A stretch of DNA of 24,000 bases. It comes from Acaryochloris thomasi RCC1774 (GTDB lineage Bacteria > Cyanobacteriota > Cyanobacteriia > Thermosynechococcales > Thermosynechococcaceae). Made by a program: the position numbers and the translations under genes. Position 1 is the first letter of the stretch. Each line of letters opens with the position of its first letter. The notes under the pieces were generated by a model that made no database searches, was not told the DNA's origin, and saw nothing but the letters and a program-made list of their open reading frames with translations. Below, one piece after another: positions 1 to 8,295 of the stretch. The DNA is taken from contig NZ_PQWO01000011.1 of the NCBI RefSeq assembly GCF_003231495.1, positions 44,074 to 68,073 of the forward strand, given 5' to 3'.

Positions 1-188
1 TAGTGATTAAGCTTTTCAATATCCAAATGGCAGATTGGGATAGATTTTGCTTAGACTACCGCCACTTTAGCTATCCTCATGCCATTAATCCTGCGACCGT
101 TGGCCTAACAAGCTATTGCTCCACTCTTCGAGACTTACTCCGGCTCACCACTGCACTAAAGATATAGGTGAAGGCAACAGTGAAGAAA

Positions 189-506
189 TCAGGATAAATC
201 TACGTCGCGTAATTCTACATCTCTCGAGCGAACGGGATTGAACTCAATTTTTGCCAATTCTTCTGCAAGTTCTGGCGGCATCGCCAGTACCTCACTAAGA
301 CTTTTACCCGTCTCTGAAAGCCTGTGGTATTCATCTATCGTCAACAAAACATGGGTGGGAATGCCTTCGTCTGTTATGAATACCGGCCCATGCTTCGCAG
401 CTCGCTCGGCTTTGTCCACATCTTGATTAAATTCTCGACTCGAAAAGCTTTGCAAAGTACCAAGACTCCTGCAGCGTAGCAGTGTACTGACATCATAGAA
501 GCTCAT
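189..506 (-). CDS. Phd/YefM-family type II antitoxin-like protein
   Basis: ORF contains [43 protein letters not shown], the typical Phd/YefM N-terminal pattern (SxxxFxxxxxxAxxxGPVxITxxGxPxxVLLxxxEYxxL). Start codon uncertain; a methionine or alternative start further in is possible. Confidence 0.8.
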   Translation of the reverse strand: MSFYDVSTLLRCRSLGTLQSFSSREFNQDVDKAERAAKHGPVFITDEGIPTHVLLTIDEYHRLSETGKSLSEVLAMPPELAEELAKIEFNPVRSRDVELRDVDLS

Positions 507-603
507 CCTTACAGAGCTGCTGAAAAATTTTACACAAACGTCCGGTCAGAACTACCTCTATAATAAAGAGCGATTAGCAAGTTCTATAACGTTCAACCTG
601 CCT

Positions 604-966
604 GTGTTTGCTCTTAGCGGCTACGAATATCTTCTCGGCTTTCTCCTTCTCTGCAGCCTTGTCCCGGCCTTGGCTCTCAGCGCCTCTAAGGTTCTGCGGC
701 CCAGTAATCGCGGACCAGAACGACGCACCACCTATGAATCAGGTATGGAGCCGGTCGGCGGTGCCTGGATTCAATTCAACATCCGCTATTATATGTTTGC
801 TCTAGTGTTTGTTGTCTTCGATGTAGAGACGGTCTTTCTCTATCCCTGGGCTGTCGCGTTCCACAAATTAGGCGTTCTAGGCTTTGTTGAGGCCCTGATC
901 TTCATCGCTATCCTGATTGTGGGCTTGGTCTACGCATGGCGAAAGGGTGCCTTAGAGTGGTCTTAG
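604..966 (+). CDS. ndhC: NAD(P)H-quinone oxidoreductase subunit 3 (NdhC)
   Basis: GTG start; [15 protein letters not shown]...[44 protein letters not shown] is the NdhC/NuoA signature. Confidence 0.97.
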   Translation: MFALSGYEYLLGFLLLCSLVPALALSASKVLRPSNRGPERRTTYESGMEPVGGAWIQFNIRYYMFALVFVVFDVETVFLYPWAVAFHKLGVLGFVEALIFIAILIVGLVYAWRKGALEWS

Positions 967-1026
967 GCCGCATCACATTGACCCAGACTTTTTGATTTCC
1001 TTATAAACGCACTCAAAGGAGCAGAC

Positions 1027-1596
1027 GTGTCAGACTCTTCACCAGAAAGCAAAGCATCCCCTGAGCAGTCTGAAGCAGAAGAAACCCAGACTGAAGAAAC
1101 CCAAGAAGCGCCGATTGTCGAAGCAGGGCCAATCTCAAAACGAATGGCTCAGATGGGGGTTGAGCAGGAAACATTAGGGGTTGATCACCTGGGCACCGAG
1201 ATCATTAAGGTTGATCGTGATGGCCTTCTATCCCTCTGTGCGGCCCTCAAAGAAGATGGCTTCAATTACCTTCAGTGTCAGGCAGGCTACGACGCCGGAC
1301 CCGGAGAAGATCTGGTCAGTATGTATCACCTGCTCAAGGTAGATAACGACGTTGTGCGTCCTGAAGAAGTGCGCGTCAAGGTCTTTTTGCCCCGCACCGA
1401 CCCCCGTATTCCTTCTGTTTATTGGATTTGGAAAACAGCCGACTGGCAGGAGCGCGAAACCTATGACATGTATGGCATCGTTTATGAAGGTCATCCCAAC
1501 ATGAAACGGTTGCTAATGCCTGAAGATTGGGTGGGTTGGCCAATGCGTAAGGACTATATCAGTCCTGACTTTTATGAGCTTCAAGATGCGTACTAA
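1027..1596 (+). CDS. ndhJ: NAD(P)H-quinone oxidoreductase subunit J (NdhJ), with acidic N-terminal extension
   Basis: GTG start preceded by AAAGGAG; [62 protein letters not shown] is the NdhJ/NuoC 30 kDa subunit signature. Confidence 0.97.
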   Translation: MSDSSPESKASPEQSEAEETQTEETQEAPIVEAGPISKRMAQMGVEQETLGVDHLGTEIIKVDRDGLLSLCAALKEDGFNYLQCQAGYDAGPGEDLVSMYHLLKVDNDVVRPEEVRVKVFLPRTDPRIPSVYWIWKTADWQERETYDMYGIVYEGHPNMKRLLMPEDWVGWPMRKDYISPDFYELQDAY

Positions 1597-1782
1597 ACGT
1601 TAAGAAGCATTTTGAGTCGGTGACTTAATTGAGGCTTGACTCGATGTTCTTTGGTGGGGCTTCAGTTTATGAAGTCCTTTTTACTGGGTGCTCTGCCCTA
1701 TGACGTCACTAGAGAAAATGGTAGGGTGAAGCTACCGGCTGATTCCCATAGAGTTTTGAACAACGAGCGGAGGCAAATCCCC

Positions 1783-2148
1783 ATGAATACAGCATCTGAC
1801 GGCGCTCATCAGGCTAGCGAAAAGAGCCTTGATACGATGCGTAAGTTTGCCCAAACCTATGCCCAGCGCTCTGGTACTTACTTCTGCTCTGATGCAGGGA
1901 CAACGGCAGTTGTGATCGAGGGGCTGGCTAAGCATAAAGAAGATCTAGGTGCACCTCTCTGTCCATGCCGTTTCTATGAAGACAAAGAAGCTGAGGTCAA
2001 ATCGACCTACTGGAATTGCCCTTGTGTGCCGATGCGCGAACGGCATGAGTGTCACTGCATGTTGTTTTTGACGGAAGACAACCCTTTCGCCGGAGACAAG
2101 CAAGAAATTACGGTGGAAGAGATTCGCGCTGAAACCAATAAGTATTAA
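1783..2148 (+). CDS. ftrC: Ferredoxin-thioredoxin reductase catalytic (beta) chain
   Basis: Cys motifs CPCRFYEDK...YWNCPCVPMRERHECHCMLFLT. ATG at 1783 preceded by GCGGAGG; the longer ORF from 1636 is probably not the real start. Confidence 0.95.
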   Translation: MNTASDGAHQASEKSLDTMRKFAQTYAQRSGTYFCSDAGTTAVVIEGLAKHKEDLGAPLCPCRFYEDKEAEVKSTYWNCPCVPMRERHECHCMLFLTEDNPFAGDKQEITVEEIRAETNKY

Positions 2149-2183
2149 CGAACGGTTGGTTCGATACGGAATATCTTGAATTG

Positions 2184-2208
2184 AGGCTGGCGAATAGAAT
2201 TCGCGCCT
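2184..2208. repeat. Palindromic intergenic element, copy 1
   Basis: AGGC-TG-GCGAAT-AGA-ATTCGC-GCCT. Shares AGGCT[A/G]GCGAATAGAATTCGC with 6907-6926. Confidence 0.6.
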
Positions 2209-2310
2209 GTCAGAACAGGACTTGCCTGCGCAGGTTATATGCATCACGTCTTCCAGCAATCCGCGGGGTGAGTTCTGAGAATGTGGCTGCAGCCGCTAAT
2301 CCGCTAATCT

Positions 2311-3201
2311 TTAGGATTGAGCCTTGAGGTTCTTCAGCATTTTACGCAAGGCTGCTCGCCAGTGGGGCGGATGATCGTTCAGCAACGGTCGTATTTTGCT
2401 GTTGTTAAGCACAGAATAGCTAGGGCGTTGGGCTGTTGTGGGATATTCGGCTGTGGTAATCGGAATGACGTTGGGTTTTTGAGTGATCAGAGCCAGTTGA
2501 TGGGCTTCTTCAAAGATTGCGATCGCAAAGTCGTACCAGCTACACACCCCGCTGTTGGTAAAGTGATAGACACCGTAAAAATCATCGCTGGTGTTCTCAG
2601 AAGCCTGCACTAAATGGGCCACCGCCTCAGCAATATGCTGCGCCCACGTAGGCGTCCCCACCTGATCGGCCACTACACGCACCTCTGGACGTTCGTTGCT
2701 CAGACGCAGCATTGTTTTAACAAAATTGCCTTTGCCGTATACACCGTATACCCAGGCGGTGCGCAGAATGATGTTGCGATCGCACCCCTGCTGCACCTCT
2801 AATTCCCCAGCCAGCTTAGATTTTCCATAAATACCCAGCGGTCCAGGAAGATCCTGCTCTAGATAAGGAACGCTGTTATCACCCTTGAAAACGTAGTCTG
2901 TCGAAAGATGGATTAGCGTTGCCCCCAGCTCTTGAACTGCTTCAGCTATAACCTTTGGGGCTGTGCCATTGATGGCATAGGCCATCTCGACCTCAGCCTC
3001 AGCCTTATCCACTGCCGTGTAGGCTGCTGCATTGATCACAACTTCAGGACGCGTTGCGGCAATCACCTGACGGATCTTGTCCGACTCTAATAGGTCTAGA
3101 TCGGATCTGCCCACAGCAACCACTTCAGCCAGCGGTGAAAGAACCTGATGGAGGACTTGCCCTACCTGTCCCTGAGCGCCTATTAACAAGATCTTGCCCA
3201 T
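2311..3201 (-). CDS. rfbD: dTDP-4-dehydrorhamnose reductase (RmlD/RfbD)
   Basis: MGKILLIGAQGQVGQVL Rossmann start, INAAAYTAVDKAE, LSTDYVFKG, YGKSKLAGE and RTAWVYG motifs. Confidence 0.95.
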   Translation of the reverse strand: MGKILLIGAQGQVGQVLHQVLSPLAEVVAVGRSDLDLLESDKIRQVIAATRPEVVINAAAYTAVDKAEAEVEMAYAINGTAPKVIAEAVQELGATLIHLSTDYVFKGDNSVPYLEQDLPGPLGIYGKSKLAGELEVQQGCDRNIILRTAWVYGVYGKGNFVKTMLRLSNERPEVRVVADQVGTPTWAQHIAEAVAHLVQASENTSDDFYGVYHFTNSGVCSWYDFAIAIFEEAHQLALITQKPNVIPITTAEYPTTAQRPSYSVLNNSKIRPLLNDHPPHWRAALRKMLKNLKAQS

Positions 3202-3520
3202 AGAATTCCTTTGTAGAGCGATGCCGGTTCTGACTCATGGGGAAATGCTTGCGATCGCACCTTAGCGATAGGGAAAGCATCATCAGTCATCCTGGCTGTC
3301 CCAAATATAAATTAAGTTCAGTCGTTTTTTGTCCATACCTAGCGCCATATCTTAAGAGCCACACAGGTGTCTCACTGAAAATTGCTGCTGTTCCGTTTTT
3401 GAAACCGAATCCTTAGCGGAAAAAGCATCGGCTAGAATTAGCCTGAGATATTGCAGCCTGACTCAAGATCTGGGGACGTCGCAGTCAGCGCCAAAGTAAT
3501 GATTTTTAGGGGTAAACGCA

Positions 3521-5599
3521 ATGAATAAAAAACAGTGGATGAGTCAAGGACCGCGCTGGAGTGCATTGGCAGCTATGTTACTGGCCTTGGGGACACAAAT
3601 CCCAGGGCCTGCGATTGCTAAACCTCAGCCTGATCACACTATCAAAGCCTGTACCGATGAAGAGGTGATGCTGCCTTCTCATCCTGACGTGAAGATTCTC
3701 CGGCAACTTTTCGAGCGCTATGCCAGCGGAGAAACGCTTCAAACAGAGCTAGGGATGACCCGACTGGACTTTGCTCAGAGCCTCAATCGCTTTGTGAGTC
3801 GAGTCGATGCAGGTCAAGCACCAAACAGCAAAATTCAGCTCCGCTCTGCAGATTTAGCCTTACTGGAAAAACTCAAGCGAAATTACGCCACTGAGCTGGC
3901 ATCACTGCGACAGCCCCGTCCTGTTGATAGGGAGAATGGTTTTTATCCTGCCCCCGGTCGCTTCGGAGGTTCGCCCTCTTCACTTCGAGGTACCGTTGGT
4001 CAATTAAATCAAGCAGCACCGGCTCCCTTTAGTCGCAGCCAGTCCCTAACCGAACAAAAGTCTAGAGCCATCGGTTCTCGCACCAGAGCTATCCAGAAAC
4101 CCAGCTTGTCTCCGCGTCCTTTACCCCCCATCAATGGGGACATCGATCGCATTCATCCACCGGGCACCTTCAGTACCGAAGAATACGATCGCATCAACGA
4201 AAACCCTTTTCAGCGACCCACTCAAGCCCCACTATCTACCTTCTCTATCGATGTAGACACCGCTTCCTACAGCAATGTCCGTCGCTTTGTGCGCCAGGGA
4301 CAGCTCCCCCCTAAAGATGCGGTGCGCCTAGAGGAGATGATTAACTACTTTTCCTATGACTATCCGCAGCCCACAGGCGACCAGCCCTTCTCCGTCACCA
4401 CAGAGGTCGCCACAACCCCCTGGAACGCTAAAAATAAGCTTGTCCAAGTGGGTCTCAAAGGGAAAGAGTTGACCACTCAACAACCCAGCAATCTCGTCTT
4501 TTTGATGGATGTTTCGGGTTCTATGCGGCAGGCTAATAAGCTACCGCTGGTCAAAAAGTCGCTATGCCAGCTTGTCCAGCAGCTCGACGTCCAGGATAAA
4601 GTGAGCATCGTCGTCTATGCCGGTAATGCGGGCGTGGTGCTGGAGCCTACACTCGGCAGTCAGAAAACAAAGATTATGGAGGCTATCAACCGCCTAGAGG
4701 CCGGTGGAACCACTGCAGGCGGTGAAGGCATCGTTAAAGCCTATGACTTGGCAAAGCGAAATTTGCTCAAGGACGGCAATAACCGGGTGATTCTAGCCAC
4801 CGATGGCGACTTCAATGTCGGCGTCTCCAGTGATGCAGAGCTAGAGCGCTTAATTGAGAAGAAGCGAGATGAAGGCATCTTTTTGACTGTATTGGGCTTC
4901 GGCACCGGCAACTACAAAGACGCCAAGATGGAGCTATTGGCCGATAAGGGTAATGGTAACTATGCCTACCTCGATAATATTCTCGAAGCCCAGAAGGTTC
5001 TCGTCCACGACCTGCGGAGTACCCTGTTCACCATCGCCAAAGATGTCAAGATCCAAGTCGAGTTCAATCCTGATAAAGTGCAGGCTTACCGCTTAATTGG
5101 ATATGAAAATCGGCTTCTAAGAGCGGAAGATTTTAATGACGATCGTAAAGATGCTGGAGAAATTGGATCAGGCCATACGGTGACGGCTCTCTATGAAGTG
5201 ATTCCTGCTGGCGTAGAGACAGATATTGAGCTACCGGATGTTGATCCGCTCAAATACCAAAAGCCCCAGGCCTCTGACTCAGGCAGCGACGAACTGATGC
5301 AGGTAAAGCTGCGCTACAAAGCCCCCACTGGACGGAAGAGTCAGTTGATTAGCCAACCCATCACAGAGGGGAGCGGTACCATTGGCTCAGCTTCTGACAA
5401 TCTCAAGTTTTCGTCAGCCGTTGCCATGTTCGGCATGATGCTGCGAGAGTCTGAGTTGAAGGGGGACACCAGCTACGCCAGCGTTTTAGAGTTGGCGAAA
5501 CAGTCCCAAGGTGAAGATCAACGCGGCTACCGTCAAGGCTTCATCGATCTAGTGGAAAGTAGTCAAAAGCTGAGCCAAACGAGAGCTGAACTCGATTAG
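3521..5599 (+). CDS. von Willebrand factor type A domain protein (YfbK-like, exported)
   Basis: N-terminal signal-like hydrophobic stretch; TFSIDVDTASYSNVRRFVRQGQLPPKDAVRLEEMINYFSYDYP; VWA MIDAS motif FLMDVSGSM; C-terminal DUF3520-like region. Confidence 0.9.
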   Translation: MNKKQWMSQGPRWSALAAMLLALGTQIPGPAIAKPQPDHTIKACTDEEVMLPSHPDVKILRQLFERYASGETLQTELGMTRLDFAQSLNRFVSRVDAGQAPNSKIQLRSADLALLEKLKRNYATELASLRQPRPVDRENGFYPAPGRFGGSPSSLRGTVGQLNQAAPAPFSRSQSLTEQKSRAIGSRTRAIQKPSLSPRPLPPINGDIDRIHPPGTFSTEEYDRINENPFQRPTQAPLSTFSIDVDTASYSNVRRFVRQGQLPPKDAVRLEEMINYFSYDYPQPTGDQPFSVTTEVATTPWNAKNKLVQVGLKGKELTTQQPSNLVFLMDVSGSMRQANKLPLVKKSLCQLVQQLDVQDKVSIVVYAGNAGVVLEPTLGSQKTKIMEAINRLEAGGTTAGGEGIVKAYDLAKRNLLKDGNNRVILATDGDFNVGVSSDAELERLIEKKRDEGIFLTVLGFGTGNYKDAKMELLADKGNGNYAYLDNILEAQKVLVHDLRSTLFTIAKDVKIQVEFNPDKVQAYRLIGYENRLLRAEDFNDDRKDAGEIGSGHTVTALYEVIPAGVETDIELPDVDPLKYQKPQASDSGSDELMQVKLRYKAPTGRKSQLISQPITEGSGTIGSASDNLKFSSAVAMFGMMLRESELKGDTSYASVLELAKQSQGEDQRGYRQGFIDLVESSQKLSQTRAELD

Positions 5600-5603
5600 C
5601 ACC

Positions 5604-6086
5604 TTGCTAGAATCTGGCGCGACCTTTGATGACTCGGGTGCCTATCGCTACCGCTTGTGGCGGCGGTGGGATGCCCGAGGTTCTTTGCTCACGTTCGTGA
5701 TGCTCAATCCCAGCCGAGCGGATGCCCAGACCAATGATCCGACAATTCGGCGCTGTATTCGGTTTGCTCAGTCCTGGGGCTATGGGGCGCTAGAAGTGGT
5801 CAATCTGTTTGCCTATTGCACCTCAAAGCCAGCAGAACTACGTCAAGCTAAAAAGCCGGTGGGGGAGAGTTGCGATCGCATCCTCATAGAGTCAGCGCGA
5901 TCGGCCCAGATGATCCTGCTGGCCTGGGGCAATCATGGGCAGTATCAAAATCGGGGGAAAGTTGCGAGCAAGCTGCTAGCTGAAGTAGGTCCACTCCACT
6001 GTCTAGGTCTGACCCAGAAAGGAGAGCCAAGACATCCGCTCTATCTCAAACGTGATATTCAACCAAAACCCTATTCTGTCCCGTAG
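5604..6086 (+). CDS. DUF1643 domain-containing protein
   Basis: YRYRLWRRWDARGSLLTFVMLNPSRADAQTNDPTIRRCIRFAQSWGYGALEVVNLFAYCTSKPAELR is the DUF1643 pattern. Predicted start is TTG, 4 nt after the preceding stop codon. Confidence 0.85.
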   Translation: MLESGATFDDSGAYRYRLWRRWDARGSLLTFVMLNPSRADAQTNDPTIRRCIRFAQSWGYGALEVVNLFAYCTSKPAELRQAKKPVGESCDRILIESARSAQMILLAWGNHGQYQNRGKVASKLLAEVGPLHCLGLTQKGEPRHPLYLKRDIQPKPYSVP

Positions 6087-6179
6087 TAGAGAAGATTGAA
6101 CCAGACAATTGGTGCATCTGTTAACGCAGTGTAAGAAAGAACCGTTGATACTCGCTTTAGACAATTGTACAATTGGAGA

Positions 6180-6568
6180 ATGAATATTGTTGCAGACACC
6201 AATATATTTTTGGCAGTGACGCTTGAGGAAGAAAGCAAAGACCGCATTATTGAAGTAACAGAAGGCTGTTCGCTTTATGCTCCAGAAATCTTGCCCTATG
6301 AAATAGGTAACGCACTATCGGCAATGGTAAAAAGGCATCAGATTGAGGGAATGATGTTACAGCGATTTATCACATCACTCAGAAAATTCCAGTCAGTCTT
6401 GCCAAAGTTGATATTCCTAAAGCTTTAGATATAGCTATTCAACAAAATATTTATGCTTACGATGCCTACTTTCTGCAGTGTGCATTGGCTTTATCAAGCC
6501 CTCTTATAACGCTCGATCAACGGCTAAAGGCGGTGGCACAGACTATGAATATAGAAATACTGGAGTAG
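6180..6568 (+). pseudogene. PIN-domain (VapC-type) toxin interrupted by a frameshift
   Basis: First part in frame: MNIVADTNIFLAVTLEEESKDRIIEVTEGCSLYAPEILPYEIGNALSAMVKRHQIEG. The remainder is in another frame (from about 6350): GNDVTAIYHITQKIPVSLAKVDIPKALDIAIQQNIYAYDAYFLQCALALSSPLITLDQRLKAVAQTMNIEILE*, ending at TAG 6566-6568. A single missing base near 6349 would join them. Confidence 0.82.
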
Positions 6569-6571
6569 AAG

Positions 6572-6787
6572 ATGAGAGTTTACACATATTCAGAAGCTCG
6601 TCAGCAGTTATCAGAACTGTTAAACCAGGCACAGTCAGAGGAAGTCTTGATAAAGAGACGAGATGGAACGACGTTCTCTGTAAGAGCTAGGAAGACGAAA
6701 GAATCTCCCTTTGATATCAAAGGCTTCAAGTCAGACGTATCGCAGAAAGATATCTTAAGCGCAGTTGAGGAATCTAGAGGTCGGTAG
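6572..6787 (+). CDS. Phd/YefM-like antitoxin (partner of the frameshifted PIN toxin)
   Basis: MRVYTYSEARQQLSELLNQAQSEEVLIKRRDGTTFSVRARKTKESPFDI resembles the Phd/YefM fold. ATG lies 3 nt after the stop of the PIN reading frame. Confidence 0.8.
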   Translation: MRVYTYSEARQQLSELLNQAQSEEVLIKRRDGTTFSVRARKTKESPFDIKGFKSDVSQKDILSAVEESRGR

Positions 6788-6903
6788 TTTGCTGAAAGCT
6801 TCCACAACGCCCGAACATGCGTTGATTTAAATTTGAAGTGCAGCAGAATCTGATGTACGAGGATACTGACAAAAGCGTTGCAAACTCTACAAATGTATTG
6901 TCG

Positions 6904-6932
6904 TTAAGGCTAGCGAATAGAATTCGCCTTAA
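6904..6932. repeat. Palindromic intergenic element, copy 2
   Basis: TTAAGGCTAGCGAATAGAATTCGCCTTAA; core GCGAAT-AGA-ATTCGC identical to 2190-2204, flanked by TTAAG/CTTAA. Confidence 0.6.
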
Positions 6933-7981
6933 ACCGCAGAAGGTGTTTGACTAACGCTTTCACGACCATGAGGCACCCTCAAGTCTTCTAAGTCAGGGCC
7001 AGCCGGAATGATTGCGCCAGGATTAAGTGGGAACAACATTCCGTAATAATCGCGCTTCACTGCCTCAACATTACAGGTTTCAGCAACCCCCGGAAGCTGA
7101 TAAAGATCTCGCAAATACGCGCCTAAATACTGATAGTCCTTAATGCGGCGGCGATTGCATTTAAATAAGCCGTAGTAGACTGTATCAAATCGATACAGCG
7201 TCGTGAATAGTCTTACGTCCGCTAGGGTAACGTGATCACCACAGAGATAGCGATGGGTCGCCAGGGCAGCATCGATTTCATCCAGAGCTGTAAACAGTTG
7301 ACCGCAGGCTTCGTCATAGGCAATTTGAGTCTGAGCAAAGCCGCAGCGATAGACGCCGTTGTTGATGGCGGGATAGATCTTCTCGTTCCAGGTCTCAATG
7401 TCTGAACTCTGAGATTCAGGATACAGATCCAGTTCAGGGTGTTGGGCAAACTCGTTGAACTGAGAGTTGAGAATCACAATGATCTCAGCACTTTCATTAT
7501 TGACAATTGTCTTCGTCTTTTGATCCCAAAGGACCGGCACCGTTGCTCGTCCCTGATAACCCGATTTTGCGAGCGTGTATAGGTCTCTTAGCGTTTTGCA
7601 GCCTTGATGCTCTGACTCAAAGATCCAGCCGCCTGCTGTTGCTGAAGGCGCAACGACGGTGACGCCAATGGCCTCTTCTAATCCTTTGAGGGTGCGTACC
7701 ACTAACGTTCGGTGTGCCCAGGGACAGCCGAGACCCACGTAGAGATGATATCGCCCTGATTCTGGCGGGTAGGGATGATCTGATTCGGGACTAATGGTGT
7801 CTCGAAACTGGCTGGCGGGACGTAGGTAAGAGCCTTTGCGATCGCGTGGGGCCATCTGAGACATCATCACCTGCCACATCGTTGTCCAGACAAACTTACC
7901 GAGGGAGATGATCGCGGAGGGAGGGAGTGATTTACCGAGCTTCATGATCAACTTTGCCTGTAGTGCGGTACCCGATTTCAC
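6929..7981 (-). CDS. Glutathione S-transferase family protein, ECM4/YqjG (glutathionyl-hydroquinone reductase)-like
   Basis: YHLYVGLGCPWAHRTLVVRTLKGLEEAIGVTVV, VPVLWDQKTKTIVNNESAEIIVILNSQFNEFA and the C-terminal all-helical GST pattern YLCGDHVTLADVRLFTTLYRFDTVYYGLFKCNRRRI. Confidence 0.9.
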   Translation of the reverse strand: MKSGTALQAKLIMKLGKSLPPSAIISLGKFVWTTMWQVMMSQMAPRDRKGSYLRPASQFRDTISPESDHPYPPESGRYHLYVGLGCPWAHRTLVVRTLKGLEEAIGVTVVAPSATAGGWIFESEHQGCKTLRDLYTLAKSGYQGRATVPVLWDQKTKTIVNNESAEIIVILNSQFNEFAQHPELDLYPESQSSDIETWNEKIYPAINNGVYRCGFAQTQIAYDEACGQLFTALDEIDAALATHRYLCGDHVTLADVRLFTTLYRFDTVYYGLFKCNRRRIKDYQYLGAYLRDLYQLPGVAETCNVEAVKRDYYGMLFPLNPGAIIPAGPDLEDLRVPHGRESVSQTPSAV

Positions 7982-8087
7982 TTGTATCCTAAGGCATTCT
8001 TAGGGCTGACTGGTGAGAGTCCGGTTAAGCTGCTCTGGAGTCTGACACTAAATTTAGTCAATGCCTTAGAAAATCGGACTCAGCCCG

Positions 8088-8116
8088 TTGACAGAGGTAT
8101 CTTCTTTCGCTAACTT
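8088..8116 (+). promoter_or_regulatory. Candidate sigma70-type promoter of tRNA-Glu
   Basis: TTGACA (8088-8093), 17 nt spacer, TAACTT (8111-8116), about 23 nt before the tRNA 5' end. Confidence 0.5.
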
Positions 8117-8138
8117 AGTAAGGTCGTAAGACAAACAG

Positions 8139-8211
8139 GCCCCCATCGTCTAGAGGCCTAGGACACCTCCCTTTCACGGAGGCGACAGGGATTCGAATTC
8201 CCTTGGGGGTA
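8139..8211 (+). tRNA. trnE: tRNA-Glu (anticodon TTC)
   Basis: GCCCCCATCGTCTAGAGGCCTAGGACACCTCCCTTTCACGGAGGCGACAGGGATTCGAATTCCCTTGGGGGTA folds as a 73 nt cloverleaf: 7 bp acceptor GCCCCCA/TGGGGGT with G-U at position 1, anticodon stem CCTCC/GGAGG with loop CTTTCAC, T arm with TTCGAAT. CCA is not encoded. Confidence 0.97.
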
Positions 8212-8221
8212 TTAATAAATT

Positions 8222-8277
8222 TTCAGCTATTGAGCTGAACTAATTTTAAGATAAGGGTAGGTGTTACACCTGCCCTT
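8222..8277 (+). terminator. Two consecutive hairpins downstream of tRNA-Glu
   Basis: Hairpin 1 TTCAGCT-ATTG-AGCTGAA (8222-8239). Hairpin 2 AAGGGTAGGTG-TTA-CACCTGCCCTT (8253-8277, one G-T pair) followed by TTCT. Either could end the tRNA transcript. Confidence 0.5.
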
Positions 8278-8295
8278 TCTACGTTTCAGGACTTT

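Noticed and set aside
3-167. Plus-strand open frame ending at 167 (…MADWDRFCLDYRHFSYPHAINPATVGLTSYCSTLRDLLRLTTALKI*), possibly the tail of a gene from outside the window.
   Set aside because: Too short, no recognised motif, and the start is outside the window; not enough support to call it a CDS.
1636-1782. N-terminal extension of the ftrC ORF back to 1636.
   Set aside because: The extension is not FTR-like, whereas ATG 1783 has a GCGGAGG ribosome-binding site at the right distance.
3202-3520. About 320-nt spacer between rfbD and the VWA gene, considered as a possible ncRNA locus.
   Set aside because: Contains a HIP1 site and A/T-rich patches but no clear promoter-terminator pair or stable long hairpin by eye.
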